From positions 158,410,001 to 158,474,000 of the forward strand of contig OZ024743.1 of NCBI GenBank assembly GCA_964016885.1: a stretch of 64,000 bases of DNA. The letters run 5' to 3'. This DNA is from Eledone cirrhosa (taxonomy: Eukaryota). Positions 1 to 13,760 of this stretch are shown here, in pieces. Position 1 is the first letter of the stretch, and every line of letters begins with the position of its first letter. The position numbers and the translations under genes were made by a program. The notes under the pieces are model-generated. The model saw only the letters and a program-made list of their open reading frames with translations. It made no database searches and was not told the origin of the DNA.

Positions 1-1312
1 GCAAGCCATGTACAGAGGTTCTGTCAGTAAAGTGAGAGAATGAATGGAGTTTAGGGAAAAATTCCAGATACATGTAGAAGTTCATCAGGTTCTGTCCTCA
101 GCCCACTCTTATTCATTATAGTTCTCCAAGCCTTAACAGGGGATTTTAAGACTGGCTGCCCATGGGAACTTATGTATACTAATAGCAGAATCAGTAGAGG
201 AACTAGAGAAGAAATTCTGGCTGTGGAAACATCAGTTGGAATCAAGGGGACTGAGAGTGAATCTAGCAAAGACTAAAGAATTGATAAGTAGGAAAGTGGA
301 CAAGACTCTGATTCCATCAGGGAAATGACCATGCTCGATATATAGAAAAGGAGTTGGCATAAACTCTATAGAATGTACACAATGTAGATCTTGGGTACAC
401 AAGAGTTGTAGTGGGATAGCAGGCAAACCTAACAGGAAAAGAAAACTTCCTATGTAGTAGATGTTCAGGGAAAATTGATAGTAGAGGTGTCAGTGATAGC
501 TTCTGATATCTAGGTGATCAAGGTGATCAAGGTAGCAAGGGAGGAGGATGCTCCGAGGCCATATTATTTAGAATAATTGTTTCTACTTTAGGCACAAGGC
601 CAGCAATTACCCAGTGCATTACTGGTACTTTATTTTATCGACCCCGTAAGGATGAAAGGCAAAGTCAACCTCGGCGGGATTTGAACTCAGATCGTAAAGG
701 GACGTAACTATGCTGGAAAGCATGGCGTCCGACCCTCTACCGATACTGCCAATCCACCGCCCTTTATTTAGAATAATGACAGAATGGAAGAAGTTTAGGG
801 AGCTGCTTCGTCTGTTGACAATGACAGATTTCTCCCTATGAACAAAAGGTCGGTTGTATGATGCGTGTGAGATGTACAATGCTGCATGGTAGTGAGACAT
901 GGGCAGTAACTGCAGATGATATGCAATGGCTGGAGAGAAATGAAGCAAGTATGCTATGATGGATGTGCAGTGTCAATGTGTGGGAATGACCAAGCATGGA
1001 CCAGTTGAGAGTGAAACTGTGTATAAGAGGAATAAATTGTAGCGTGCAGGAGAGAAGACTGCATTGGTATGGCCAAGTGATGTGCATAGAAGATGCCCAC
1101 TGGGTGACGAAGTGTCAAGAAATCCCGGTGGAATTAAGACACAGTAGAGGAAGACCACAAAAAACATGGGTGGAGGGGGTGAGAGCAGGCCTCCAATTGC
1201 TGAAGTTCACAGAGGAGATGACAAAGGGCTGTGACGAATGGAGAGATGCTGTGCTGAAGCGGATTTGTCCCACCCTAGCAAACAAGGAAAAGCAGACATA
1301 AAATGATGATGA
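1..1312 (+). mobile_element. Decayed RTE-clade LINE (3' part of RT ORF and 3' end), interrupted by a SINE at 578-763
   Basis: Frameshifted RT motifs (VHQGSVLSPLLFII, GCPWELMY), C-terminal 'ERRLHWYGQVM...RGRPQKTW' (ORF 996-1301), and a 3' end GCAGACATAAAA followed by (TGA)n. Homologous to 1850-3260. Confidence 0.8.
578..763 (-). mobile_element. tRNA-derived SINE with Deu/Nin-like core, full length, 14-bp TSD
   Basis: Minus strand reads GGCGGTGGATTGGCAGTATCGG (A box)...GAGTTCAAATCC (B box)...GCCTTTCATCCTTACGGGGTCGATAAAATAAAGTACCAG. Flanked by TTATTTAGAATAAT at 564-577 and 764-777. Confidence 0.9.
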
Positions 1313-1563
1313 TATATATATATTATGTGTGTGTGTGTGTATATATATTATATATATATATATATATATACACATATGTATGTATTATGTATGTATGTAT
1401 GTATATATGTATATATGCATGTATGTATGAAATGTATGTAGGTATGTATGAATGTATGTATAAATGTGTGTGTACATGTGTGTATATATATATATACATA
1501 TATGTATCGTTCTTTCACGAGATGCTAGCTGATGCTGCAACTTCGATTTTACTCCCATTATTG

Positions 1564-1621
<58 letters not shown>

Positions 1622-1849
1622 GTGAAGTTTTTTACAAAATGAAAAAAAAACGAGGTGTCCTACACAAGTGAAAGTATAAGGAAAAAAGATGAAATCGAAA
1701 ATTCAACTGGAGTCTTTTTTTTTTTAAATATATATTTATTTGGTTCCTTTACCAGTTTCGCAGTTCTGCTTTTCAAAAGTAGAATTGAGATGGGGGGTTT
1801 GTGGATTTTCTCACATCTGTGTCATACACAAGCATTGTCAACTGCTACA

Positions 1850-3260
1850 AAGGCAAAGGAAATGCTCTAGACATAGAAAACTATAGAGGGATCAAGTTGG
1901 TTGACCAGGTCATGAAGTTCGCAGAAAGGGCTATCACACAGCAGATTAGGGACTGAGTTAACCTAGATGAAATATAGTTAAGATTTGTGCCAAGTAAAAG
2001 TACCATGGTAGCTCTCTTCTTTGTGAGACAACTGCAGGAGAAATACCTAGCTAAAAGTAAACCCCTCTACTTAGCTTTTGCTGACATGGAGAAAGCCTTT
2101 GATCTATGATCCCCTGATCTATAGTCCTCTGATCTATGATCTGGTGGGTTCTTAGAAAGTTAGGAGTAGATGAGTGGCTTGTGAAGGCAAGCCATGTATA
2201 GAGGAAGAGTCAGCAAGGTTAGAATTAACAATGACTATAGTGAAGAATTTAGCGTGCAGGTAGGTGTCCATCAGGACTCTGTCCTTAGTCCTCTCCTGTT
2301 TATTATCCCCCTACAGGCTATAAGAGAAGAGTTTATGACTGGCTGCCCATGGAAACTTCTGTATGCAGATGATCCACCCCCTTATAGCTGAATCTATGGC
2401 AGAATTAGAAAAGAAATTCCACACCTGGAAACATGGCCTAGAATCAATAGGTCTTAAAGTTAACTTGTCAAAGATTAAAGTCCTAGTATCTAGAAAGGAA
2501 AACAGGGCCCAGATTCCCCCAGGAAAATAGCCTTGTACAGTGTGCAGAAAGAGAGTAGGTAGAAATTCCATTCTATGTTCCAAATGCAAGCTATGGGTGC
2601 ACAAAAGAAGTAGTGGGATCACAAGCAGGCTATCAAAGAACATAGGTTTTATATGCAGCCAATGCACAGGTGCATTAAATAACAAGAGCCCACAGGATAC
2701 TAGCTCCTTCAAATGCCCAGAGGTCTCCGTAGAAATAGTCGACAGTTTCTGTTACCAAGGTGACAAAATTAGCAATGGAGGAGGGTATTCCAAAAGTACA
2801 ATAATCAGAGTAAAAACAGGATGGAGAAACTTCAGGGAGCTACTATTGCTGTTAGCTACAAAAGGTTTTCCCCTCAAAATGTAGGAATGCATGTATACGA
2901 ACAGCAATGTTGCGTGGTAGTTAGACCTGGGCAGTATGCAGAGGACCTGCAAAGATTGGAAAGAAATTAAACCTGCATACTCTGATGGATGTGTAATAAT
3001 AATATACACGAATGGCAAAACATAAATGAACTGAGAGAGAAACTAGGCATAAGAGAGATCAGATGCAGTGTGCAGGAGAGGAGATTGCATTGGTATGGCC
3101 ATGTGATAAAATGATACAGGGTGATCAAATTTGATGGAAGCTATGGAGTAGGAAGACTCAGGAAGACTTGAATAAGATGATAAAAGCTGACCTTGCATAA
3201 TTGCACCTCTCAAAGGTAATGACACAGGACCAAGATCTCTGGTGTAATACAGTAATACAG
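1850..3260 (+). mobile_element. Decayed RTE-clade LINE RT region
   Basis: NYRGIKL, AFADMEKAFD, VGVHQDSVLSPLLF, KLLYADD, a Cys-rich insert (CRKRVGRNSILCSKCKLWVHKRSSGI...FICSQC) and ERRLHWYGHV, with many stops and frameshifts. Confidence 0.85.
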
Positions 3261-3409
3261 AAGCCCCGCCTTCCTATGAGCACAGGCTGAAGCACACATC
3301 TAGTTTGCACCCCACCCCCCTTCAATACACCTCCCATGTCCTAACACTCTGATCCCTCATACACAACCTATACATAACTCCCAATCCCCACACACCTCCC
3401 CCACCAATG

Positions 3410-3726
3410 ACCTCAGTCCACACTGTAAAGTGGTCATTTTGGTACCATGACAAATGGCACCCAGCTCACACTGCAATGTGGTCGTGTAGGTGTCACAACA
3501 AAAAGCACCCAGCCCACATTGCAATGTGGTCGTGTAGGTGTCATGACAAAAAGCACCCAACACACACTGTAAATGTGGTTGGCATTAGAAAGGGCATCCA
3601 GCTGTATAAATCAAGCCAGAAACAGTTCTGTATGAACAAGATATGGTCATCTGACCTAATGTGCCTCAAATGAGACAACCCGTCTAACCCATGCTAGTGT
3701 AGAAAATAGACTTTAAACGATGATGA
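3410..3726 (+). mobile_element. 3' part of the RTE-tailed SINE family, with internal ~54-bp tandem repeats
   Basis: Three copies of CACACTG(C/T)AA..GTGGTC..GGT(G/A)(T/C)CA(T/C)(G/A)ACAAAAAGCACCCA, then GGCATTAGAAAGGGCATCCAGCTGTA, and a tail AACCCATGCTAGTGTAGAAAATAGACTTTAAACGATGATGAT. Same family as 33632-34020. Confidence 0.75.
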
Positions 3727-5259
3727 TATATATATATACAATCATGACTGTTAATTTCCCTGATATAAGTGCAAACAAAGTGACTCCAAGCTAACGCTAC
3801 CCATGAACTCAAGTAAATATTATCCATATACCTAAATTCAGCCCGAGCCACCAGATATATACAATGCTAGATATAAAATAAAAGCAATCATGCCCTTTTG
3901 AGCTATACCCCAAACACCACTAATTACTGGTATGGGGGTGTTGAATGGTATTAGGTGCAGTTGTCATAACACCTAGTTTCTATATAACTCTGTAGCAACA
4001 ACTACATCATTACATAATTGTCATTGCACTCACACAAAATCAGAATAATCACCAAAAAATAAACTATGACCATATACCATCAACAAATGAGAACTGAATG
4101 TAAACTATATTATGCCCCCTTGACCCTTTTAATAAGAAAATACATTACTAACCAAGCTACAGACACAGTTACTGAAATAAACTATGTGTGTATATTTGTA
4201 TGTATATATCTGTGTGTGTATGACATGGTTGTAGTTCCCAGACATAAATTTGGATTTATGTACACATATGTATCAGCTTATGTATTTCTATCTAATATAG
4301 TTTAAAATATCAGGGTATCCAACATGCCATTACTTTTATCTGATAAATGTAATATAAATGTATAAACAAATCAGTAAATCAACACATATAACAAACTAAC
4401 AAAATAACATTTTGTTAAATATCTCCCTTTTCCTGCCTGCTTGTCCCACTATCTCCGCTCAACATACTGTGGCTGATTGGGTAGAAGGAACTTGCTGTGA
4501 GATTAAGTAAAGGGAAACTGATAAAGAAAAAAGTTAAGATATTATAATCTACTAAAAAACCCTTAGGTTTGTTCCACAGCATGGTTATTAACTAAAAACA
4601 GTGCAATCAGTAGGAGAGTAAAGCAAAAGAATTTGATGAAATATATATATAAAAGTAAAATACCACATAAATGCCAAATAAGTAAAAGAATGTTAACGGG
4701 AGAGGGGGGAATATAAAAAAGTTTCTTGATCTTCCATTACAGTCAGTTAATCGGTAATCTCAATTCTTATGTGTTGCTGTTGTTGTACAACCCTAGGCCA
4801 GCCCTGCATAAGCATAACACTAATCAAACATTTTTCTAGCTCTAACCATAGTCATTTTTTCTGACTCAGTATATAAAAAAACTACATTATTCAATTTGTC
4901 TTTTATATTTTCAAAAAGCTAAGATTTGATTTGAGGGAGATTTGGATGTTATAATTGGTAAGAAGGATACTCAATAAGGGATACATATGGGGTTCATGTC
5001 AATGAACATGTTTCCCTCTTTTCTCTCACATTGTTACTTATGTCTAATATATTGTTGTTACTGCTGCTGTTGTTGCTGCTGTTGTTGGTGGTGGTGTTTA
5101 TCAACAGACTGCTCAGGTAAATTAGACATTTAAGCAAAGGCATTCCAGCAACTATTTTCTGGGCCCAGGGGGAAGCTTGGTTTTTGAAATATAAAAAAAG
5201 GTAGAGGCTTGCAACTGTAATATAATGAGCTGAATAACTTTAATGAACTGAAATTGTCC

Positions 5260-5500
5260 AATAAATTAGTAGATACACCATCATCATCATCGTTTAACAT
5301 CCATCTTCCACACTATCATGGGTTGGACAGTTTTGCCCCACTTAAGGTGAGATTGGTCGGGAGTCCATGTCTCACTCATACAGAACATTTTCTGGCAGGT
5401 TTTCTGTGGCTGAATGCCCTTCCTAACACCAACCACATTTACAGTGTGGACTGGGAGCTTTTTTACCGTGTCTCCTACATGACCACTTTACAGTGGACGG
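5260..5500 (-). mobile_element. RTE-tailed SINE fragment
   Basis: (CAT)n then reverse complement of the tail and of the GGTGTTAGGAAGGGCATTCAGCC core. Confidence 0.7.
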
Positions 5501-7827
5501 AAGTGAGAGGATGGATTATGGGGTGTGGGTGGGGTGTATATTGGGTTAAGAGGTGCCTACTGACTGTAGGTTTAAGTTTGTATGCAAGGGAAGGTGGGTC
5601 TTCTGTATAACTGTATAGCGCCAAAGATTTCGATCAAGTGACATTGTCTTAGAGAGGTGTAAGTGAGCAAGGTCAGTTGTTATACAATTCATAAAAAACA
5701 ATAGTCAAGAGAGATAACTCCAATAAGATCAGTTGGGGGAATTGCTTGGAAAGTACAAACAATGTAGGTAGGAGTGGATATAATATTTAAAGCTAGTTAT
5801 TGAATCCTGGTCATCATGGAAAGATTATCAAAATTATGAGCATTTACTAAAGTTTAGTGAAGTTTATGAATGTTTAGGTATATGCTCTTCATGAGTCTTC
5901 ATTGTTGATATTGTTTAGCTCAAGTCAAACCTGGTTGAATAGACTACCTATGATTATAGGTATTCTAGCTATGTCTATCCTTTATGGGTCTTCTGTATTA
6001 CTGCGTGACGCCAGAAGTCTCAGTCCTGTGTCATCGCCTTTGAGAGGTCCAGTTGGGTAAGGTCAGCTTTTATCACCTCATCCCAGGTTCTTGGATCTCC
6101 CCACGCCATGGCTTCTGTATTTCTCTCGGTTTTTTTTAACACTACCATTTCCATATTTCAAAATTGATAACATGTGTGTCAGAAAGACCCCCTCAGCACA
6201 TCATACTAGGCAAGTTTGGTCTGACAAAGAAACCTCCATGCCACCAGGTGATAAATGTGTGAAGTCAATATGTGGGCAGCTTTATAGTTGTTGTTGTAGT
6301 TTTAACTCTAGATCAACTCTATTCAATCAAGATGTATGATCAAAACCATTCCAGCAGTGACTATTCATTTTTAGGGTGATGTAGAACTATATTGTTTTAT
6401 GTGTCCTTTGCTTATTTAAAACAGTAGTGTGTGTGATTTGAAGGAGATTTGACTGCTATTTTCAGTAACTCAGACAATCATGTAGAACTCATTCATTTGC
6501 TCATCAAAAGCGTTGTTGTTGTCAAGAGTAACATAACTTTTGTTGAGTTCCCAAAAAACTGCTCATGTTTGACACATAAAAATAAATCTCTGATAAATTT
6601 GGTTCTGTGCAAGCCCTTGTCCCTTAAATTGAAAAGGGGCTGAAGATGATTAAGGAAGTGGTCAGTCATTCCCAGCAGCTATTCCATTGTGTTTGAGGTT
6701 TTGGAAGAGAGGGCAATAGATCATTAGCTAGCAAGGTCACTTGATAGGATAGCAGTCAAATAATCAACAAGCTAGAAACACATATCCTATCAGGAGCTGT
6801 AAAACCCTTGCAAAAAAAATAACATTGTATACACAAAAACAGACTTCTTTGTTTCTGATGATGAAAGACAATGGTATGTAGTGAGACTCTGTGAGATCTA
6901 ATCAACGCATGCCAATATGAGAAAATGTACATGGAATAATGTTGTTTTTTTATCAAACATCTGGAACACTCATCATTGAAAGCAATGGAGTTTCATTTCA
7001 TTGATAAGGTGTCAAACTCCTGGATGAAGAGTTGATAATTTGTATTCCATATTTGTATTCTATACTGTGTTCATAGTAAAAAAAAATGGACTCTCAGGGA
7101 ATCATTCTGCATTACATTCTTTAAAAGAGAGACCTGAAATTGGCAAAATGATTAGGAATTCAATCATTCAGCAGCCCTTTAATTGCATAAAGTAGTATGA
7201 AGCAACAACAATATTCATTATCATGCACAAGATATAATTTTAGCTTATATATTACTAAATATACGACGGGAGCCAGGCAACATAAAGGAGCTGTATGTGG
7301 TCATTCAACTTGCTAAAAATAGCATCCAAATTCCTTCAAATTACACCTTAAAAAAAGAATGACATGTTAGACAATGTTAGTACTAGATCTATAAAAAGAT
7401 AAGATTGTCATAGCTGAAATGTCTTTGATCTAAGTTTGCCCAATCAAGGCTAACCAATAATAAACACTTAACACCATGATTAAACATATAGATTTCAAAA
7501 GAGCAGTTCTTCTCCAATGAAAACAATTCATTAAAGAGAGTGACAGGCATGGTCATGTACTTACAAAGCTGGCTTTGCAATCATATGTTTCTAGGTTCAA
7601 CTCCATTATTCAGCACCTTGGACAAGTCTCTATTCTAGGGCTGTGAGTGAAATTCTATAGGTGGAAATCAAGCAGAACTCTATCAGATCTACTTTTCTTC
7701 CATAGGTCTCAGGTATCTTGCAAAATAATCTGAGATGATGGCCCTCCTCATTTGATTTAGCTATAAAAATACTAAGAATTTAGTATTTGATAGGAGTTGT
7801 CATAGCAACCTATCATTGCTCTACTAT

Positions 7828-7830
<3 letters not shown>

Positions 7831-7905
<75 letters not shown>

Positions 7906-7986
7906 TTATTTATCTATCTATCTATCAACCTAATTATCTATCCATCCATCCATCCATCTATCTATTTATCTATTTATCTATCTATC
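7831..7986. repeat. (CT)n followed by (ATCT/ATCC)n microsatellite; left boundary of the Tx1 array
   Basis: Direct read of the sequence. Confidence 0.95.
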
Positions 7987-8809
7987 TAATCTCTTTTACC
8001 ATAGCCACTATACAGAGGAAAACTACCTCTCTTTCGTTTTTGAAAGAAGTTGGCGGTTTGATCATTACTATGGACTCGGCAGTCAACTGGATTTGTCCCA
8101 TATGTGACAGCAGTTGTTCTGCATAGTTCCACAGGCTGGTTACGCCTGGGCAGTGTACAATTGTGTGCAAGACGGTTTCAATGTCCTGCTCGCATCTTGG
8201 ACATGTCCTCTTGGAAAGATCCCTGTTGGGGAATCCGTGCAGAACAACTGCTCTCACGTATGAGACAAATCCAGTTGACTGCCGAGTCCATAGTAAAGGT
8301 CAAACCGCCAACTTCTTTCAAAAACGAAAGAGAGGCGGTTTTCCTCTGTATAGTGGCTATAGTAAAAGAGATTATATGGTGGACAAGATTGAGAGGACTG
8401 AGGACAGATGCCTTTCTCTCCGGACAACAACTCATTCCCTTCTTTAGGTACCACTTTAGAAGAAGAATCAGAGTGGGGAGAGAGGCACTGCACCCCAGTA
8501 AATTTACTGAAAGGTGGGTGAATGTAGCAAAAATGGTCCAAGTGATTGGGCCTTCTCTGTATATAAACCTGTAGGTTGAAGATGAGAGCAAAAGGAGGAA
8601 TGGAGCACTTGCACAACACGCTCCTGGAGTTGAGGGTTGTTCTATCTGCGGGGTATTAAACAACCCATTTGTAACGCCTCCCCCTATTGGGGATTTCGAT
8701 TGTTGAATTTGTTTGTCTAAAAATTTTTTTAGACGATTGTATGTAAAATCCCGGCATATGTCCTTGTATTGTTCCCTTTTCTTGTGCGCCCTTGTGGCAA
8801 ATAAAGAAA
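7987..8809 (+). mobile_element. Tx1-clade LINE copy 1: 3' fragment (8238-8809) with an inverted 5' segment (7987-8237)
   Basis: ORF 8104-8574 ends like ORF2 of the other copies (WWTRLRGLR...GPSLYINL). Minus ORF 7982-8257 encodes the CPRC..ETVLH..HC region. 3' end CCCTTGTGGCAAATAAAGAAA then (ATCT)n. Confidence 0.9.
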
Positions 8810-8832
8810 TCTATCTATCTATCCATCCATCC

Positions 8833-8879
<47 letters not shown>

Positions 8880-8883
8880 CATC

Positions 8884-11561
8884 GTCCGAAGCAAAATACG
8901 TGCTCTGGGAAACGAGGGGACCAAAGCTGTTAGCTGGGCCCGCGTGACAGAAGCCAAAAGAGGGAGCAGATCCACTATCCGGTCTTTGCGAGACCAGGAT
9001 GGACGGGTGATCCTTGAACCTAAGCAGATGTGCGAGGCTTTTCAAAAGCACTTTGCCGGATTGTTCGGAAGGGGCGGGGGGCCGGTTGGGGACGTGGACT
9101 TCGGTCCATACCTCGACGGCCTGCCGCGTCTCTCGGACAGGGAGGCGAAGTCCTACGAGGAGCCGATTTCAGCCGCTGAGATAGAGGACGTGCTGAGCCA
9201 ATGCGGCAAACGCAAATCCCCGGGTCTCGATGGTCTTCCATACGAACTATATCTAGCTATGCCGGACTTGTTCCCCGATCTCCTCGAGGCGGTCTACTGC
9301 AACTGGCAACAGAACGGGAGAATTCCCTGTGCTGTGACCAAGAGCGTAGTCACGCTAGTGAGGAAGGACGAGAACAAGGGGGACGATATAAATAATTTCA
9401 GGCCCATAACTCTGCTAAATACAGAGTTACAGATTTTGGCCAAGGTGCTAGCAAAGAGGTTGGCGCTTGTCGTGGGCAACCTGGTGGGAGATGCGCAGAC
9501 ATGTGCTATCCACGATAGGTCCATCCACGATAACCTCCACCTCATGCGATACATCATAGAGAGGGTTGGGAACGAACCCGGCTTTGGTGGGGCCCTGATC
9601 AACTTGGATCAATCTAAGGCATTCGATAGGGTCGACCATGGTTACCTGGATGCGGTGCTAGCGGCGGCAGGCTTCGGACCCGTTTTCAGGGGCTGGATCA
9701 ATGCCATGCACAGCAGCCGCATCTGCTCTAGGGTCAAGGTGAACGGCTACCTCTCGGAGCCGTTCGAAATCGCGCGGTCCATCTGACAGGGGTGCCCTCT
9801 CTCCTCCCTTCTGTATGTAATGACTCTAGAGCCACTGCTGCGGAAGTTGGAGTTGTTGCAGGGCATCCCGTTGGAACCGGGATTGCGGAAAGCGGTGTCA
9901 GCCTACGCTGATGACGTAACAGTAATGGTGTCGACGGCCTCGGAAATCGGGGCGATCGGCACCTTACTGGAGGAGTACGAAAGGTTTACAGGGGCTAAGC
10001 TGAACCGGGACAAGTCGATCGGTCTGCAACTCGGCACATGGAGGGGCAGATCGATGCCTTCCGATGGCGTCGTCGGGCGCTGGACGGAGGGCCCGGTGAA
10101 GTTGCTCGGGGTCTGGTTCGGACCAGACCTCCAGGTGGAGAAGAACTGGGGTGAGGTGACGAACAGGGTGTTTGCACTGACCCAGAAGTGGGCTGAGTGC
10201 AAACTGTCCCTGAAAGGTCGGGCGGAGGTGGCGAACACTTATATAGCGTCCGTCATCTACTACCGCCTGACCGTTGTGCCTTGCCCAAGGGAAACGCTCG
10301 CCAAAATGGAGCGCGCACTCTTCCAATTCCTTTGGAAGAAGCGGGCTCCTATGGTGAGGAGATCCATCTGCTGTCAACACCCTTCGAAAGGAGGGCTGGG
10401 GATGCCGTGGCTAATGATACGTAAACACGCATTAAGGCTACGGCACCTTCAGGTATTCCTCTCCGGTCAACCGGTGTGGGCCCCGTTTGTGAGGCGAGCC
10501 TTTCCCAGACTCGTCTCACTCACCGAGCTGCAATCCTGGGTCAAGCAAAGACCGAGAAAACTGGGCGCCTGGTACACCGAGTGTGCCCAGGCGCTCACGG
10601 CTCTCTGGCAGGCGGACCTGGCTGTCAGTGGAGAATCCACCTCGTCATTCTATAGAGGGCTGCTGGTTAGCAGGTGCGACAACGCCCTCGGAGAAGCCCT
10701 AGGCATGGAGGAAGACGAACTGGCCAACCTGTTCGGTAGGACATTCAGCCCGGGACCCATGGACAACTTCCAGAGATCCCTGGCCTGGCTATGCTACAGA
10801 AGGGCTCTGCCCGTTCGAGAAAGGCTCTACAGACACGGGCGCCCGGGTAGGGACCCATCGAAAAAGATCTGTCCCAGATGCGTGTGCGACGAGGAAACCG
10901 TTGCACACGCATTGGTACACTGCTCGGGCATTGCCGATCTGTGGGGCTATGTTGAACAACTGCTGTCAAGGGTGGGACCGATCCGGTTGACCACCGAGTT
11001 TATTGTAACGATCAAGCCGCCTCCCCTCTTCAAAAACGAAGGAGAGGCGGTGTTTCTGTGCGTAATAGCCATGGCGAAAGAGGTTGTATGGTGGACGCGT
11101 CTGAAAGGACTAAGGTCAGACACCTTTCTCTCTGGCCAACAACTGGTCCGTTTCTTCCGATATCATTTCGGAAGAAGGATCAGGATGGAGAGAGAGGTGC
11201 TGCACCCCAGCCGTTTCTATGAAAGATGGGTGAAAGTGGCGAGAATGGCCCGTGTGAATGGGCCTTCACTCTACATCAGACTATAGGTGAGGAAGATGAA
11301 AGACCAAGGGAGCACCCCTTCTCTGTGCTCCTGAGGAGAAGGGTTGCACACTTTTTTCGGGGGTGTGTGCGACCCCCCCCCCCCCCCCCCCCCAAGGCGC
11401 CTCCTCTCTATTGAGGACTTTGTTATAAATTTTATTTTTGTTATATTTTATTTTATTTTTATATATTGTTATTGCCTCCTCCTTATTGAGGACGCCTTGT
11501 TTTGTAAACTCCCCCATTGTACTTGTCCCACTTTTGATGCCCTGGTGGCAAATAAAAGAAA
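8884..11561 (+). mobile_element. Tx1-clade LINE copy 2, 5'-truncated, RT plus C-terminal Zn-finger, single in-frame stop at 9784
   Basis: KSPGLDGL, NFRPITLLN, LDQSKAFDRV, SI*QGCPLS, AYADD, GGLG, CPRC..ETVAHALVHC. Bounded on both sides by (ATCT/ATCC)n. Confidence 0.95.
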
Positions 11562-11921
11562 CATATCTATCTATCCATCCATCCATCTATCTATCTATCT
11601 ATCTATCCATCCATCCATCTATCTATCTATCTATCTATATATCTATCCATCCATCCATCCATCTATCTATCTATCTATCTATCTATCCATCCATCCATCT
11701 ATCTACCTATCTATCTATCTTAATAGAGTGAGACACGCTTCACATCGGCTCCGCTATTCTATCGGAATTTACCCTTACTATAGTAAGTACCAGTGAATTT
11801 TTTCAGTGCAACACATTTGGAACACTTACCCCTGTTATTTAGGGAAACATTTTTACATTTACCCCCTTTTTAGGGGGTAAAATAAATAACTATTTTTCTG
11901 TAAAACTTCTTTCTTGGCAGC

Positions 11922-13755
11922 ATGGCGGAAAAGATGGCAGACATGTCTGCCATTAGCTCTGCCACGCCCCCCCCCCCCCCCCCCCCAAGTCTGAAGAACA
12001 AAAAATGGATACAACAAAACTAGACAACGAAACAAACAAGGAAAATGAAAAAACGAATGTTACGGAAAATGAGCAAACGGAAAACAAACAAACAGAAAAT
12101 AAGAATACAAAAAACAACAAGGCAACTTTCGCCCAGACAACAAAAAATCTATAATATATACACCTATAGACTTAACTGCCGCCAGAGAGAAACTGGCAGA
12201 AGCAAAAAAACACATAGTCTTGGGGGAGAACGGAATGTTTTCCATTAATTCCCCCCCAGAATTCAAGAAAACGAGAATAGAAAACACTGTTCTGTTTAGA
12301 ACAATCTTAAACCAAACGAGAAAGCCAGCACAGCCCAGCCAAATGGAGATAGAGTTGGTCCTAAAAGACTATATGAAGAATATTCTCTTCATACGAAAGG
12401 ACCGACTCTATGGCAGCATTTCGGTCTTAACAAAAGACAAGGAAACAGCGCAGAGGCTTTCCCTAAGCCCACTCTCATCAACAGCATACAGCTTCTATCC
12501 CTCCTACATGGGTAGAAGAACACAGAGAGTCAAAATACAGACAATGCTGCCCACAATGGACTTCTGGTGGGCTATTGCTGGCTTCATAGACATGGGCGAG
12601 GACACAGTGCTGTCAATGGGGAAGGCATCTGGAGATGCGTTCCTGGGAATGGGCCTCGACCTACTAGTCCAAATGAGGCCCGAAAGAATAGCACAAATCC
12701 CGGATCGCATCTGGCTGGATGACCTCACCCCAATATATATAATTGTAGAGGGGAGAAGACCAGCATGCTATTCATGCACGGAAAGGGGACACGTTAAGGC
12801 TAACTGCCCGAATCGTATCCCCCAAAAAGGACTATTGCCCACACCCACCACAAACAGTACACCAACACCACCCACCTCCAAAAATACACTAATACCACAC
12901 ACAGCAAACAAAATACAGACACCACCAACCACAAGCACAACACAAACATCACCACCACCAGCACCAAACACAAGCACGACACAAAAATCACCACCACCAT
13001 CACCAACCACAAGCACGACACAAACATCACCACCACCACCACAAAACGCATTCCAAACAAATAATAAAAAAAAACAGCAACAAATCTACCCCACCCGTAA
13101 AAAAAACAACCAGACACCACGTCCTTCCCACCTAGCGCTGAAGAGTTTCCCCCAACTTCTGAAGAAGAAGGAGGAGAAGCCTTCAGACAAGTTAAAAGAA
13201 AAAAACGAAAGCACACACCCAGCACACCACAAATAACCCACACACAAACACCAACTCCAATCAAAAACACCCCACCCTCGACAAACAAAAATAAATCTGC
13301 GCCTCCCCTCTCCGAAACATTGACAGTATCACAAAAAAAGACTTTGCAATACACATATATAAATAAAGAAAATAAAAAACTGTTTAAATTAATAAACAAT
13401 AGCCCTTTGGTGCAGACCGAAGGGCCAAACTTTATCTCAACAGAGAACTTCACCCATTTAAAAATGATAAAGGTCCCTCTGGACCTTTATCGTTCCTTAA
13501 AAGAACAATTTAAACAGGACGTGAGCCCCCCCCCCCCCCCCCCCCTGTTTAAAACCGTTAAATCGCGTCCTCTTGAAAGATTTCCCCATAACCTCCCCTC
13601 TCCCTGACACAACTCCAAATACCCCAACCCCACCACACTCGGATACCCCCACACCACCACAAAACATCCCTCCACCCAACACACCCGACGCCATGGAAAT
13701 TACACAACCCAGAGAGGTAGGTGCTTTTCTTTCTTCACTTTCAACACCAAAATAG
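11922..13755 (+). pseudogene. Tx1 ORF1 (gag-like, zinc knuckle, Pro/Thr-rich), frameshifted
   Basis: ATGGCG start at 11922. 'VEGRRPACYSCTERGHVKANCP' (CX2CX4HX4C) lies in ORF 12220-13236. Some of the frameshifts coincide with poly-C/poly-A runs and could be assembly errors. Confidence 0.8.
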
Positions 13756-13760
13756 ATCAA

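Noticed and set aside
1303-1671. ORFs rich in YI, CV or HT (also near 22.7, 36.6, 45.3, 51.6 and 63.1 kb)
   Set aside because: Translations of (TA)n, (CA)n and (TATG)n microsatellites.
3410-3580. Regularly spaced repeats resembling a CRISPR array
   Set aside because: Tandem ~54-bp units with no unique spacers inside a SINE, in a eukaryotic context with no cas genes.
8713-8883. N-terminal extension of ORF 8713-9786 (IYLS repeats)
   Set aside because: It is the previous copy's 3'UTR plus translated (ATCT)n, open by chance.
9784-9786. In-frame TGA codons in Tx1 ORF2 as selenocysteine or programmed readthrough
   Set aside because: They align to Arg (CGA) or Trp (TGG) in sibling copies, not Cys. 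Ordinary point mutations explain them.
12800-13453. 217-aa Val-rich minus-strand ORF and other antisense ORFs over the LINEs
   Set aside because: Shadow frames of the Pro/Thr-rich ORF1 and the GC-rich ORF2.
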